Assembly: GCA_963822945.1 (NCBI GenBank)
Contig: CAWGJO010000012.1
Location: forward strand, 72,518-136,517
Reading direction: 5' to 3'
DNA length: 64,000 nucleotides
DNA from: an uncultured Gemmatimonadaceae bacterium
Lineage (GTDB): Bacteria; Gemmatimonadota; Gemmatimonadetes; Gemmatimonadales; Gemmatimonadaceae
The notes under the pieces were generated by a model that was not told the origin of the DNA, did not search any database, and worked only from the letters and a program-made list of their open reading frames with translations. Positions 33,235 to 43,652 of this stretch are shown here, piece by piece. Each line of letters begins with the position of its first letter. The stretch's first letter is position 1. Both the position numbers and the translations under genes were made by a program.

Positions 33235-34541
33235 GGGGTGCCTCCCTTCGCGGTCGGGGGCGCGTAGGTGATCCGGATCTTGGGCCGCAGCGCCGCCGGT
33301 CCGCTCGACGGCGTGAACCAGAAGAGCTGGCCCGACGCACCCTCGAATTGCGTCCGGATGGCGAGCGCACGGGGGTCGGTGACCGAGAGGTTCGCGCTCC
33401 AGGCGCGCACCAGCTGCACCATCTCGAACTGTCGCAGCCCGCTGTCGGCCGGCGTGAATCGCTCCAACGTGTCGAGCCCCACTCCACCGACGGAAGAGAG
33501 CAGCGTCAGCGCGCGCGACAGGTCGGTGACGGCCGATGAGGCGAGAACCGCCTGCGGCCAGACGGATGCCGTATCGTGCGCGTCCGGCGACACCGGATTC
33601 GGAATCTGATTCAACAGCAACGTCGCGCGAACGACGGTCGCGGAATCGACGATGCTCGGCGGCAGATCGAATCGCAGATACACCCGGTGGCCGGGCAGCC
33701 CGCCGACGCTGAGCACTGAGGCGGTCGGATTCGACGTTCCCCGAACGACGATCAGGAAGTCCTGCAACCGGGAGATCAGCGGATTGCCCACGGGCGTGAG
33801 CGACCGGGGCAGCACGTACAGCGGCTTCACCCCCGACGTGTCGCCGGGAGGTGCCGGCATGAACACGACCTCGGCCGGCCTGTAGCTGACGGTCGTCCCG
33901 ACGCGCAGTTGGGCGCGGTTCGAGCCCGTTACCTGCACGCCCAGCCGCAGCCGCCGCTTGGCGGTGATGTAGGCGAGCAGCGAATCGCTGGAAATCGGCA
34001 CCCGCAGGCTGTCGGTGATCGAGTCGGGATCCACCGTCCTGGAGCCGAGCAGCCGGTCGGCGCTGAACAGCGGCGCGAGCTCGGCCACGGCCGTGTCGGT
34101 GGCGGAGCTGTCCGGGTTGCCGGTATCCACGTCGTACACGCTGATCGTCACCGGCGCTCCGGGACGCTTGGCGGTGGTGTCCACGCGAAGCATCAGAAAC
34201 GCGCTGTCCACCCCGACGATCGTGGTGTCGACCGGCGAATTCGTCCGCGTGAACGTCGTGGGCAGTGTGTCGAAGCGGAAGATGGCCCGGGTGTCGATGG
34301 TATCGCCGCGGGTGGAGATCAGCAGGTACGGCTCCTGCCCGATGGACGGGAACCCCGACACCGACGAGTCGACCACGACCGCGTCGAGCGTGGTGTCGCG
34401 CAACGTGACCTCCTGCCCCGGACAGAGCACGGGACAGGCGACGTTCGAATCGAGGTTGTCGCTGCAGGCCACCGCAGCCGCGACCCCGAGGGCCGCGACG
34501 ACGAGCGCGATGCTTCGACTACGAGGCAGGAACACGAACAC
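33231..34541 (-). CDS. Hypothetical lipoprotein
   Basis: Lipobox AVAC-SD; ends RPKIRITY; stop overlaps the start of the downstream barrel gene. Confidence 0.7.
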   Translation of the reverse strand: MFVFLPRSRSIALVVAALGVAAAVACSDNLDSNVACPVLCPGQEVTLRDTTLDAVVVDSSVSGFPSIGQEPYLLISTRGDTIDTRAIFRFDTLPTTFTRTNSPVDTTIVGVDSAFLMLRVDTTAKRPGAPVTISVYDVDTGNPDSSATDTAVAELAPLFSADRLLGSRTVDPDSITDSLRVPISSDSLLAYITAKRRLRLGVQVTGSNRAQLRVGTTVSYRPAEVVFMPAPPGDTSGVKPLYVLPRSLTPVGNPLISRLQDFLIVVRGTSNPTASVLSVGGLPGHRVYLRFDLPPSIVDSATVVRATLLLNQIPNPVSPDAHDTASVWPQAVLASSAVTDLSRALTLLSSVGGVGLDTLERFTPADSGLRQFEMVQLVRAWSANLSVTDPRALAIRTQFEGASGQLFWFTPSSGPAALRPKIRITYAPPTAKGGTP

Positions 34542-34554
34542 CGTCCACGGGTGG

Positions 34555-35007
34555 CTAGTGACGACTGTGATCGAGCGAATGGGGCGTGAAGGCGTTGGGC
34601 AGCAGGTCGCCCAACGACCAGCGCGCCTCGTGTCCGCCACGCGTGACGCTCAACACCACCAGATCTGGGGAGAATTCCACGAGCGCCTGCCGACAGACGC
34701 CGCAGGGCGGCGTAGGCGCTTCGGCCTCGGTGGCGATGGCGATGGCGAGAAAATGCCGGTGACCCTGCGTCACGGCCGCGCCGAGGGCAACGCGTTCGGC
34801 ACAGACCCCGGCGGGATACGAAGCGTTCTCCACGTTGCAGCCCACGGCAATCGAACCGTCGGCGGCGAGGAGCGCGGCTCCGACGCGAAACCCCGAATAC
34901 GGCGCGTACGCGGCGTCCATCGCGCCCGCGGCCCGCTCGCGCAGCTCGACGAGCGTCTCGACGACGAGCGCGGCCGGGTCCTGCGGCGTCGTGGTGCGAG
35001 CACTCAT
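34555..35007 (-). CDS. cdd: Cytidine deaminase
   Basis: YAPYSGFRVGAA, NVENASY, CAER, PCGVCRQ. Confidence 0.96.
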   Translation of the reverse strand: MSARTTTPQDPAALVVETLVELRERAAGAMDAAYAPYSGFRVGAALLAADGSIAVGCNVENASYPAGVCAERVALGAAVTQGHRHFLAIAIATEAEAPTPPCGVCRQALVEFSPDLVVLSVTRGGHEARWSLGDLLPNAFTPHSLDHSRH

Positions 35008-36176
35008 TGCGCCACCAGCGCCGGCAGGAACGACGTCCCGCGCCCGCGGAATGCGAGCCCGAGCCATTCGGCCACCGTCGCGCCGAGATCGGAAAACGTG
35101 GTGCGACGCCCGAGGTCACGTGCCAGTACGCGGGGGCCACCGGCGAGCAACGGCACACACTCCCGTGCGTGATCGGTCGATGCCGTAGTGGGGTCGTTCC
35201 CGTGGTCAGCCGTGATGAACAGCAGGTCGTCCTCGCGGAGGGCAGACAATAACAGCGGCAGCGCCGCGTCGAACTGACGCAGCGCCCCATAGAACCCCGG
35301 AACGTCGTTCCGGTGCCCGAATTGCTGGTCGAAATCTAGTAGGTTGGCGAACAGGAACCCACCGGCAGCGGCCTGCAGCCATTCGCGGATCGCCACCAGC
35401 CCCTCGGCGTTGTCGGCGAAGTGTCGCGACGTGATGCCGCGCCCGGCGAACAGGTCGTCCACCTTCCCCACCCCGGCCGCCGGCACCCCGGCCGCCGCCA
35501 GCGCGTCGAGCAGGGTCTCGCCCGGCGGCGCGATGGAGAAGTCCCGACGGTGCGTGGTGCGCACGTAGCGCCCGGGCTCGCCCACGAACGGCCGGGCGAT
35601 CACTCGCGAGACGTCGTTCGGCGGCACGAGCATACGGCGCGCCGTCTCGCACCCGCGATACAACTCGTCGAGCGGGACCACCGCCTCGTGGGCGGCGATC
35701 TGGAAGACGGAGTCCGCCGACGTGTAAAGAATCCATTGACCGGTCCGCTGGTGCTCCGGACCGAAGCGCTCGATGATCTCCGTGCCGCTGCCCACGACAT
35801 TGCCGATCACGCCGCGCCCCGTGCGTCGCGCGAACTCGTCCACCACCGACGCGGGGAATCCGTGGGGATACGTGGGAAAGGGCCGGGCGAGCTGCAGCCC
35901 GGCCAGCTCCCAGTGCCCCGTGGTGCTGTCCTTCCCCGCCGATTTCGGCTCCATGAGTCCCCACGCGCAGGTGGCATGCTCCGTGCGTTGGACACCGGCG
36001 AGCGGCGCGATGTTGCCGAGCCCCGCCGACTGGAGATTCGGCAGGTCGAAGCCGCCGGCGATGGCACGCGACAGATTGCCGAGGGTGTCGCTTCCGGTGT
36101 CGCCGTAGGCGGCCGCGTCGGGCGCCGCCCCGATCCCGACCCCGTCCAGCACGACGATCGCGGCCCGCCTGGTCAC
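35004..36176 (-). CDS. deoB: Phosphopentomutase
   Basis: VLDGVGIG, GKDSTTGHWE, YTSADSVFQIAAHE, GHRND, TADHGNDP. Confidence 0.96.
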   Translation of the reverse strand: MTRRAAIVVLDGVGIGAAPDAAAYGDTGSDTLGNLSRAIAGGFDLPNLQSAGLGNIAPLAGVQRTEHATCAWGLMEPKSAGKDSTTGHWELAGLQLARPFPTYPHGFPASVVDEFARRTGRGVIGNVVGSGTEIIERFGPEHQRTGQWILYTSADSVFQIAAHEAVVPLDELYRGCETARRMLVPPNDVSRVIARPFVGEPGRYVRTTHRRDFSIAPPGETLLDALAAAGVPAAGVGKVDDLFAGRGITSRHFADNAEGLVAIREWLQAAAGGFLFANLLDFDQQFGHRNDVPGFYGALRQFDAALPLLLSALREDDLLFITADHGNDPTTASTDHARECVPLLAGGPRVLARDLGRRTTFSDLGATVAEWLGLAFRGRGTSFLPALVAQ

Positions 36177-37264
36177 GCGTGATCTCCGTACAGCCGCGGC
36201 AGGCGCGAGTGGAGTTCGGTGAGCAGTTCGTAGGGCGAGAGATGGCCGAACCGAGCCACGTCCTGGACCGTCAGGAGGTCGTCGCCGTCGCGGCCGATGA
36301 GCGTCACCACATCCCCCACGGCGCACGGCACCTCAGTCACGTCGAGCATCGTCATGTCCATCGTCACGGCGCCGGCCACCGGCACGCGGCGCCCGTGCAG
36401 CAGGGCCCATCCCCGGTTGCCGAGCGCGCGGCGGTAGCCGTCGGCGTAGCCGAGCGGAAGCGTGGCGATGCGACGCGGCCAGTCTTCCGGATGCGAGCCC
36501 GGCGCCGGATACGTGGCGCCGTAGCTCACCGTGTCGCCGTCGCGGATCGCGCGCATCTCCACGATGCGGGCCCGCACGGCCACCACGGGCTCGGGATCCA
36601 ACCCGGCGGCGGTCCCGACGCCGTAGAGGAAGATGCCCGGGCGGACGAGGTCCCATTGCGACGGACCCTCCGCATGCTCGATGGCCGCCGAGGATTCGGC
36701 GTGCAGCAACGGCGGGCGTTGGGGCAGCGCAGCCAGCGCGTCGCGAAAGCGCTGGGTCTGCCGGGCGACCGACGCCCGGTCCTTCAGCACGGAGTGGTAG
36801 TGCGTGAACGCCCCCTCGGGTGGAAAGGCCGCCACCAATTCACGCAGGCTCGCGATCTCGCGCCACGGCACCCCGGCCCGGTTCATCCCTGTATCGATGG
36901 ACAGGTGCCAGGGGGCGCCGCCCGGGCCCCACTCGGCGATCGCGTCCCGGTCGCCGAGCGCGGGCCGGAGATCGGCGGCACGAGCGGCCGCAAAGGTCTC
37001 GGGAAGGATCGGCGTGAGCACCAGGATGGGGCGTGTGATGCCCGCGGCGCGCAGCTCCTCGCCCTCTTCGATGGTCCCGACGCCGTAGCCCCAGGGATCG
37101 GTGGATTCGAGCGCGCGCGCCACACCCACGGCGCCCAGTCCGTAGGCGTCGGCCTTGATCATCGGCAGCAGCGGCACCCGGGCCGCCTCGGTGATTCTGG
37201 CGGCGTTGCGCGTAAGCGCGCCGAGGTCGATCTCGACCCAAGCGCGCGTCATGGCCCTTATCAT
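36173..37264 (-). CDS. alr: Alanine racemase
   Basis: IKADAYG, IDTGMNRAG, VRPGIFLYG, GYADG, VTMDM, YELL. Confidence 0.95.
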   Translation of the reverse strand: MIRAMTRAWVEIDLGALTRNAARITEAARVPLLPMIKADAYGLGAVGVARALESTDPWGYGVGTIEEGEELRAAGITRPILVLTPILPETFAAARAADLRPALGDRDAIAEWGPGGAPWHLSIDTGMNRAGVPWREIASLRELVAAFPPEGAFTHYHSVLKDRASVARQTQRFRDALAALPQRPPLLHAESSAAIEHAEGPSQWDLVRPGIFLYGVGTAAGLDPEPVVAVRARIVEMRAIRDGDTVSYGATYPAPGSHPEDWPRRIATLPLGYADGYRRALGNRGWALLHGRRVPVAGAVTMDMTMLDVTEVPCAVGDVVTLIGRDGDDLLTVQDVARFGHLSPYELLTELHSRLPRLYGDHA

Positions 37265-37317
37265 TGAGCTATCATTTGCAGGGCGGGTAGTATATCGGAC
37301 GCGTGGAGGCGAGGCAA

Positions 37318-38097
37318 GTGAAACGGCCGCTTGAAGATACGCTCGAATTGATGCGCGACCTGCGCCAGCGCTGCGAGTGGGACGCCGCGCAGACGCACGA
37401 GTCGTTGCGCCCTTATCTGCTCGAGGAAGCCCACGAGGTGGACGAGGCGATCACCGCGGGCGACGATCGCCAGTTGCGCGAGGAGCTCGGCGACCTGCTG
37501 TTCCAGGTGCTGTTTCACTCCGTCGTCGCCGAAGAGCGGGGCGCGTTCACGATCGACGACGTGGCGGAGACGTTCATCGCGAAGATGAAGGCGCGCCATC
37601 CGCATCTGTACGGCGACGGCGCACGCACACCCTGGGAGCAGCAGAAGGCAAAGAAGCGGGAGCGGCTGGCGGACGGCCTGCCGGTGGGGCTGCCGAGCCT
37701 GCATCGCGCCTACCGGCTGCAGGACCGGGCGGCCGGCGTGGGATTCGACTGGCCCGACGTGGCGGGGCCACTCGATAAAGTGGAGGAGGAGTTGGGTGAG
37801 GTGCGAACCGAACTGGACGCAATGCCGCCGCGCGAGGGCCACGGGCCGGTATACGACGCGGCCCACGAGAAGCTGGAAGCCGAACTCGGCGATCTGTTGT
37901 TCGCAGTGGTGAACGTGTGCCGGAAGGCGGGCGTGCATCCCGCCCTGGCGTTGGACAGGGCGAACGGAAAGTTCGTGCGGCGGTTTCAGCAGATCGAGGA
38001 AAAGGCGAAGCAGCGCGGGGTGGAGGTGAGGACAGCCGGGTTGGAGGCGTTGGACCGGCTGTGGGACGAAGTGAAGGCAGAGGAGGCGGCGGGCTGA
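37318..38097 (+). CDS. mazG: Nucleoside triphosphate pyrophosphohydrolase MazG
   Basis: CEWDAAQTHESL, EELGDLL, GFDWP, ELGDLLFAVVN; GTG 37318 follows GGAGG (alternative start 37303). Confidence 0.93.
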   Translation: MKRPLEDTLELMRDLRQRCEWDAAQTHESLRPYLLEEAHEVDEAITAGDDRQLREELGDLLFQVLFHSVVAEERGAFTIDDVAETFIAKMKARHPHLYGDGARTPWEQQKAKKRERLADGLPVGLPSLHRAYRLQDRAAGVGFDWPDVAGPLDKVEEELGEVRTELDAMPPREGHGPVYDAAHEKLEAELGDLLFAVVNVCRKAGVHPALALDRANGKFVRRFQQIEEKAKQRGVEVRTAGLEALDRLWDEVKAEEAAG

Positions 38098-38170
38098 CCC
38101 TGCCCGAGGTCCGCGAGTTCGGACCTCAGCGGTCGTGGGGAGTGAAGGCCGCCGCGACCGATCCCGCGGC

Positions 38171-40820
38171 CTATTCCCGCGGTGCGTTCGGATCCGCATG
38201 CACCGTGATGGCTCCCGAGACCTGCGCCTCGCCCAGACGCACCTCCACGGCGTACCGGCCCGCTGGTGCATCGTCCAACAGTTCCGTGCGCGTCCCGGGC
38301 CTGGAGATCCCACACGATCGTGTTCACGCCGGGCACCACGTCGACGCGCCAGCTCCGCACCACTCGGCCGCTCGAGTCGCGCACGGTTACCGACGCGCGT
38401 CCCGCGGCATGCGACGCCACCTGCAACGGCGCCACGTTGCGCCCTCGCCGCTCGCCGGGCACCGTCTCCCAGGGGAACCAGTCGACGACCGCGTCACGGA
38501 TACGATAGAGGTACAGCGGACGCGCCGCAGACACCGTCGTCCGATCGCGGATCGGATCCAGGTCGAGAATCCACGCCCCGCGCCCGTAGCTGGCGGCCAC
38601 CAGGTCGTGCGCGCGCCGTTGCACGGTCAGATCCATCACCGGCGTCGAGGGGAGCGTGCCGTTGAGCGATTCCCAGCGCCGACCGCCGTCACGCGACACG
38701 TACACTCCCAGGTCGGTGCCGGCGTAGAGCACCTGCGCGTCGTCGGGATCATCCTTGATCACGTTCACCGCTTCGAGCGGCAGGTTGCCAGCGATCGAGT
38801 GCCAGGTGCGCCCCGTGTCGGCGGACGCGAACACGTAGGGGCGCGCATCGTCCTCCCGGAATCCCGTGAAGCTCACGTAGATCGTGCCGGCGTCGTGCGA
38901 CGAGAGAGTGACGCGACTCACCCAGTGGCGCGGCAGTCCGGCATCGATGCGCCGCCACGAACCGCCGTCGTTCATCGTGAGCCACACGCGTCCCCCCTCG
39001 GTGCCCCCGGCCAGCATCCCGGGCACGAGCGGCGACTCGGTGAGCATGGTGAACGCGCCCGTGGTGACCAGCGCGCGGTCGCTCCCGGGTGGATCGCCAA
39101 GATCGGGACTGATCACGTGCCAGTGGTCGCCGCGATCGGTGGACTTCAGCACCTGGTTGCCGCCGACGTAGAGCGTTCGTGGATCGAACGGCGAGATGAA
39201 GAAGGGCGTGTACCAGCTGAAGCGGATGCGGGGCGCGCCGCGCGGCGCGCGCGGCGCGATGTCCACGGCCGACGGCCCGCCCGTGAGCACGGAGGTGCCG
39301 GTGATGTCCATCCGCCGCATGGCGCCGTTCTGATGTTCGTAGTACACGATGTGATCGTCGGTGGGATCGGGCAGCGTGACGAAACTGTCGCCCCCCGTCC
39401 ACCGGTCGAGGTACACGCTGCGCCACGCCGCGGGCTCCGCGTCGTCCAGCGACGCGTTGCTCGGCCCGTAGACCGCGGCGTCGTCCTGCGTGCCGGCGAA
39501 GATGCGGTAGGGCGTGTGGTCGTCGGTGGCGACGAAGTACATCTGGGAAACGGGGATGTCGTTGAGATGCAGCCAGCTCTCGCCGGCGTCGTACGACATG
39601 AACAGCCCGCCGTCATTGCCAAGCAGCAGCCGGTCGGGATTGGCGGGATCGATCACCAGTTCGTGCTGGTCGAGGTGCATGGCCCGCCCGTCCGTGTGGT
39701 GCACGCGCAGGATGCGGTCGCCGAGCCGGCGCCAGGTGGCGCCTCCGTCGAACGATTGGAAGGCGCGATTCCCGAGGATGTACACGTGATCGGCATTGCG
39801 CGGATCGACGTGCACGTCGGCGAACTTCCAGCCGAACACTCCGAACACGTCGTAGAGGTCCTGGGTGTTCGCCTTGCGCCAGTGCTCCCCCCGGTCGTCG
39901 GACCGGTAGACTTCCCCGCCCACGTACGGGCGGTTCTTCACGGTCGCCGGTCCGCGGTTGTCGACGAACAGATACAGGACGTTCCGATCGCCGGGCGCCA
40001 CGCCGATGTTGGCACGTCCGAGCAGTCCGCCGGGCAGGCCGGCGGTGATGTGGCGCCAGTGGTCGCCCCCATCGGTGGACTTGAACAGGCCACCCCGGCG
40101 CCCCTGCTCGATCTGCCACGCCCACGCGTACAGCGTCCGCGGATCCGCCGGATCCATGGCGACGTCGATCACGCCGGTGGAGTCGTCGATGAACAGCACC
40201 TTCTGCCAGTGCGCGCCGCCGTCGCGCGTCCGGAACACCCCGCGCTCGGCGTTGGCCGTCCACTGGTGCCCCATCGCGGCGACGTACACGATGTCGGGAT
40301 CGGTCGGATCGATGAGCACCTTGCCGATGTGCTGCGTTTCGGCCAGGCCCATCGGGGTCCACGATTCACCGCCGTTCACCGATTTGAACACGCCGGTACC
40401 GGGATACGCGTAGCCGGCGAAGCGCGGTTGCGCCTCGCCCGTACCCACCCAGACGATGTTCGGATTGCTGCGCGACACGGCCACGTCGCCGATGGCAAAG
40501 GCGCTCTGGTGCTCGAAGATCGGGCGCCACGTGATGCCGTTGTTGACCGTCTTCCAGAGATTGCCGGTGCCGACGCCGACGTAGATGGTACCCGTGTTGC
40601 CGGGTGGAATGGCGATGGCTTCCACGCGGGCGCCGGTCTTGACGGGACCGTCGGCGCGCCACGCGAGGCCGCGAAAGTACGAGGCCTGCGCCATCGCCTG
40701 GTGGGTGTTCCAGGACGCGGCGCGCTCGGCGGCGGTCGTCGGATGCTGGGCGGCCGCCGCGCCGGGCACCGTCGCGGCAACGGCCGAAATGCAGAGGGCA
40801 CGCAGGAAGATCGTTCGCAT
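38171..40820 (-). CDS. Secreted BNR/Asp-box beta-propeller protein (VPS10/glycosyl hydrolase-like); apparent frameshift ~38285
   Basis: Signal peptide; repeated (S/T)xDGGxxW boxes; HLDQH and GNDGG; the shifted C-terminus ...PAGRYAVEVRLG...PRE* ends at 38171. Confidence 0.85.
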
Positions 40821-40864
40821 GGTGAACAATCCTGCGTGCCCGCCCCGCGATGCGCCAGCCGCGG

Positions 40865-42152
40865 TCAGGGACGCAGGCGGTACATCATCCGTGGAAATGG
40901 GATCGCTTCGCGCAAGTGCTCCAGTCCGCAGATCCATGCCACGGTGCGCTCCAGCCCGAGCCGAAACCGCTGTGCGTGAAGGTCCCGTATCGCCGCATGT
41001 CGAGATACCAGTCGTACGCCTCCATGGGCAGGCCTTCGTCCCTGATGCGTGCACCAGACGCTCGTAGTCGTCCTCGCGCTGGCTCCCGCCGATGATCTCG
41101 CCGTATCCCTCGGGCGCCAGACAGGTCGTCGCACTTCACGGTGCTCGGATCCTCGGGGTTCTCCTTCATGTAGAAGGCCTTGGCCTGCTTGGGATAGTCG
41201 TAGACGAACAGCGGCTTCGCCCGGCCCTCGGTGAGGATCGTCTCGTCCTCGGCGCCCAGGTCGGCCCCCCACTCGATCTCGCTTCCCCTGCCCTGCAGGT
41301 CGCGACGGCGTCCGTGTAGTTCATCGGTCGAACGGCGCCGTGATCGCCTCGAGCTTCGAGACGTCGCGCTCCAGCACGTCGAACTCCGCCGCCGGCGCCG
41401 TCGAGCACCCGCGCCACGATCGCGGCCACGAAGTCCTCCTGCAGCGCCATGTTGCCCTCGCTATCCAGCCACGCCACCTCGGGCTCCACCATCCAGAACT
41501 CCGTCAGGTGGCGCCGGGTCTTGGATTTCTCGGCCCGGAACGTGGGCCCGAAGCAGTAGACTGCCGAACGCGGCGGCCGCGGGTTCGAGGTAGAACTGGC
41601 CGGTCTGCGCCAGGTACGCCTTGCCGAGATCGAAGTACTCCGTCTCGAAGAGCGTTCCCGCCGACTCGCCGATCGAGCCCGTGAGAATCGGCGTGTCGAT
41701 CAGCGTGAATCGCGCTCATGGAAGAATTCGCGGATGCCGAACACGAGCTCGTCGCGGATCCGCAGGATCGCCCGCTGCCTCGGAGCGGAGCCACAGGTGG
41801 CGATGGTTGAGCAGGAAGTCGATGCCGTGCTCCTTGGGCTGGATCGGGTAGTCGGTGGGGCTGGCGCCGACGATCTCGAGGCCGGTGACCCCGAGCTCGT
41901 ACCCGCCGGGCGCCCGCGGCTCGGCCCGGACCTCGCCGGTGACCGCCACCGACGTCTCCAGGGTGAGTTCGGCGAACCGCTCCCAGACGTCGGGGGCAAC
42001 CTGGCTCTTCACGAATACCGCCTGCGCGGTACCCGTGCCGTCCCGGATCACGGCAAACGCGATCTTGCCCGAAGACCGCACGTGGGTCACCCAACCGCGC
42101 ACGGTGACGGACTGGCCCACATGGGCCGCGAGCTGGAAATGCGAGGAGTCAT
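40865..42152 (-). CDS. asnS: Asparagine--tRNA ligase (many apparent frameshifts)
   Basis: [53 protein letters not shown] fragments across frames. Confidence 0.9.
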
Positions 42153-42315
42153 GGGGGAGAACGGTATCGAACGCCAGGAGGGAAGTGAACACCCGCCGGC
42201 GCCTCCGGGCTCCGCAGCATGCCGGGCTCGACGCGGGGCCTCCCCGGCCGGCCCCACTGGTTTCCGGGACCGGCCGGCCGCACATTTCCAACTGGAGGTT
42301 CGGAGAGGAGGCTCC

Positions 42316-42483
42316 ATGAAGAAGCGTCGAACGCACGTCCCAGATTTCGCCCACAAGCGCGTGGCGCGGCCCGACGCGGAAGCGCAGAAGGCGCATCCCC
42401 ACTCGCCCGCGCCACCGCAACCGCCCGCGCCGCCCGTGAAGCCGCACGCCACGTCGGCCAAGTCGGGGCGCCGAGGGCAGTAG
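42316..42483 (+). CDS. Small basic Pro-rich hypothetical protein (55 aa)
   Basis: GAGGAGG-4 nt-ATG; MKKRRTHVPDFAHKR...KPHATSAKSGRRGQ. Confidence 0.6.
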   Translation: MKKRRTHVPDFAHKRVARPDAEAQKAHPHSPAPPQPPAPPVKPHATSAKSGRRGQ

Positions 42484-42679
42484 CGGCCGCCGAATATTCG
42501 CCGGGCGCTGGTCAACCGCCCTGAAGCCGGCAGATTGTCGATGTGCCCATGCCGGGCAAGTAAGGAGTCATGGTGTCCACGTCCGGCCGTCGGCCGGTGC
42601 GGCAGGATCAGTCACTCGCGTCGCGCATTTCGCCGCGAGTGGTGCATCTCTTTCATGCGCTGAACGGACGGAGGACCGC

Positions 42680-43573
42680 GTGACGGCCGAATCCAACCCC
42701 CTGGCCGGCGCCATTGAAGCGGCGCCGAGCGAACGTCCCCGCGATCACCAACTCGATCTGTACGGCATGACGCACGCCGGCCGGGTCCGGCCGGAGAACC
42801 AGGACCATTTCCTGCTCGGCACGGTGCATCCGCAGGTAGTCATCCACGGAACCAGCCTGCCGCATCCGGAGCAACTGCCGGCGCGCGGACAGCGGATGGC
42901 GACGATCATGCTGGTGGCCGACGGCGTCGGAGGCGGGAGCGAGGGCGGCCAGGCCAGCCAGCTCGCGGTCGAAGCGATCATGGACTACGTGTCGTCCACC
43001 ATGGAGTGCTGTCACGCCGTGGTGTCGGGGCGCGAGGAGGAACTGATGGCGGCGCTCCGGACGGCCGCCGCGCAGGCCCATGCCGCCGTGCAGAGCAAGG
43101 CCGCATCGCTCGCCCTGCCCCAGGTGATGGCGACGACGCTCACGCTCGCGGTCGCGGTCTGGCCATGGGCGTACGTGGTGCAGGTGGGGGACAGCCGCTG
43201 CTACCACTTCTCACACGGCGAGCTGCACCAGGTGACGCGCGATCAGACCGTGGCCCAGGACCTGGTGGACATGGGCGTGCTCGCCCCCGATCGCGCCGCG
43301 GCCTCACCGTACCGCAACGTGCTGGCACGAGCCATCGGAGCCGCCGAGGCGACGCCCGAGGTCAACCGCCTCGACATCCGCGAGCGCGGCTGCGTGATCC
43401 TGCTGTGCAGCGACGGTCTCACCAAGCACGTATCCGACGACGAGATCGCCGAGCATCTGCGCACCATGCGGTCGTCCGAACAGGTCTGCCATTCCCTGGT
43501 GGAGCTGGCGCTGGAGCGCGGCGGCTCCGACAACGTGACGGTGATCGCCGGGCGGGCGGTCGGACCCGACTGA
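42680..43573 (+). CDS. PP2C-family Ser/Thr protein phosphatase
   Basis: GRVRPENQD, VADGVGG, VGDSRCY, LCSDGL, GGSDNVT. Confidence 0.95.
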   Translation: MTAESNPLAGAIEAAPSERPRDHQLDLYGMTHAGRVRPENQDHFLLGTVHPQVVIHGTSLPHPEQLPARGQRMATIMLVADGVGGGSEGGQASQLAVEAIMDYVSSTMECCHAVVSGREEELMAALRTAAAQAHAAVQSKAASLALPQVMATTLTLAVAVWPWAYVVQVGDSRCYHFSHGELHQVTRDQTVAQDLVDMGVLAPDRAAASPYRNVLARAIGAAEATPEVNRLDIRERGCVILLCSDGLTKHVSDDEIAEHLRTMRSSEQVCHSLVELALERGGSDNVTVIAGRAVGPD

Positions 43574-43593
43574 CCTTCGCCGCGGGCGAATGA

Positions 43594-43631
43594 GAAGCGG
43601 CGCCGGCGAACACACTCGCCGGCGCCGCTTC
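43594..43631. terminator. Perfect 16-bp hairpin between convergent genes
   Basis: GAAGCGGCGCCGGCGA-ACACAC-TCGCCGGCGCCGCTTC. Confidence 0.75.
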
Positions 43632-43652
43632 GAACATCGACCGGAACTCCAA

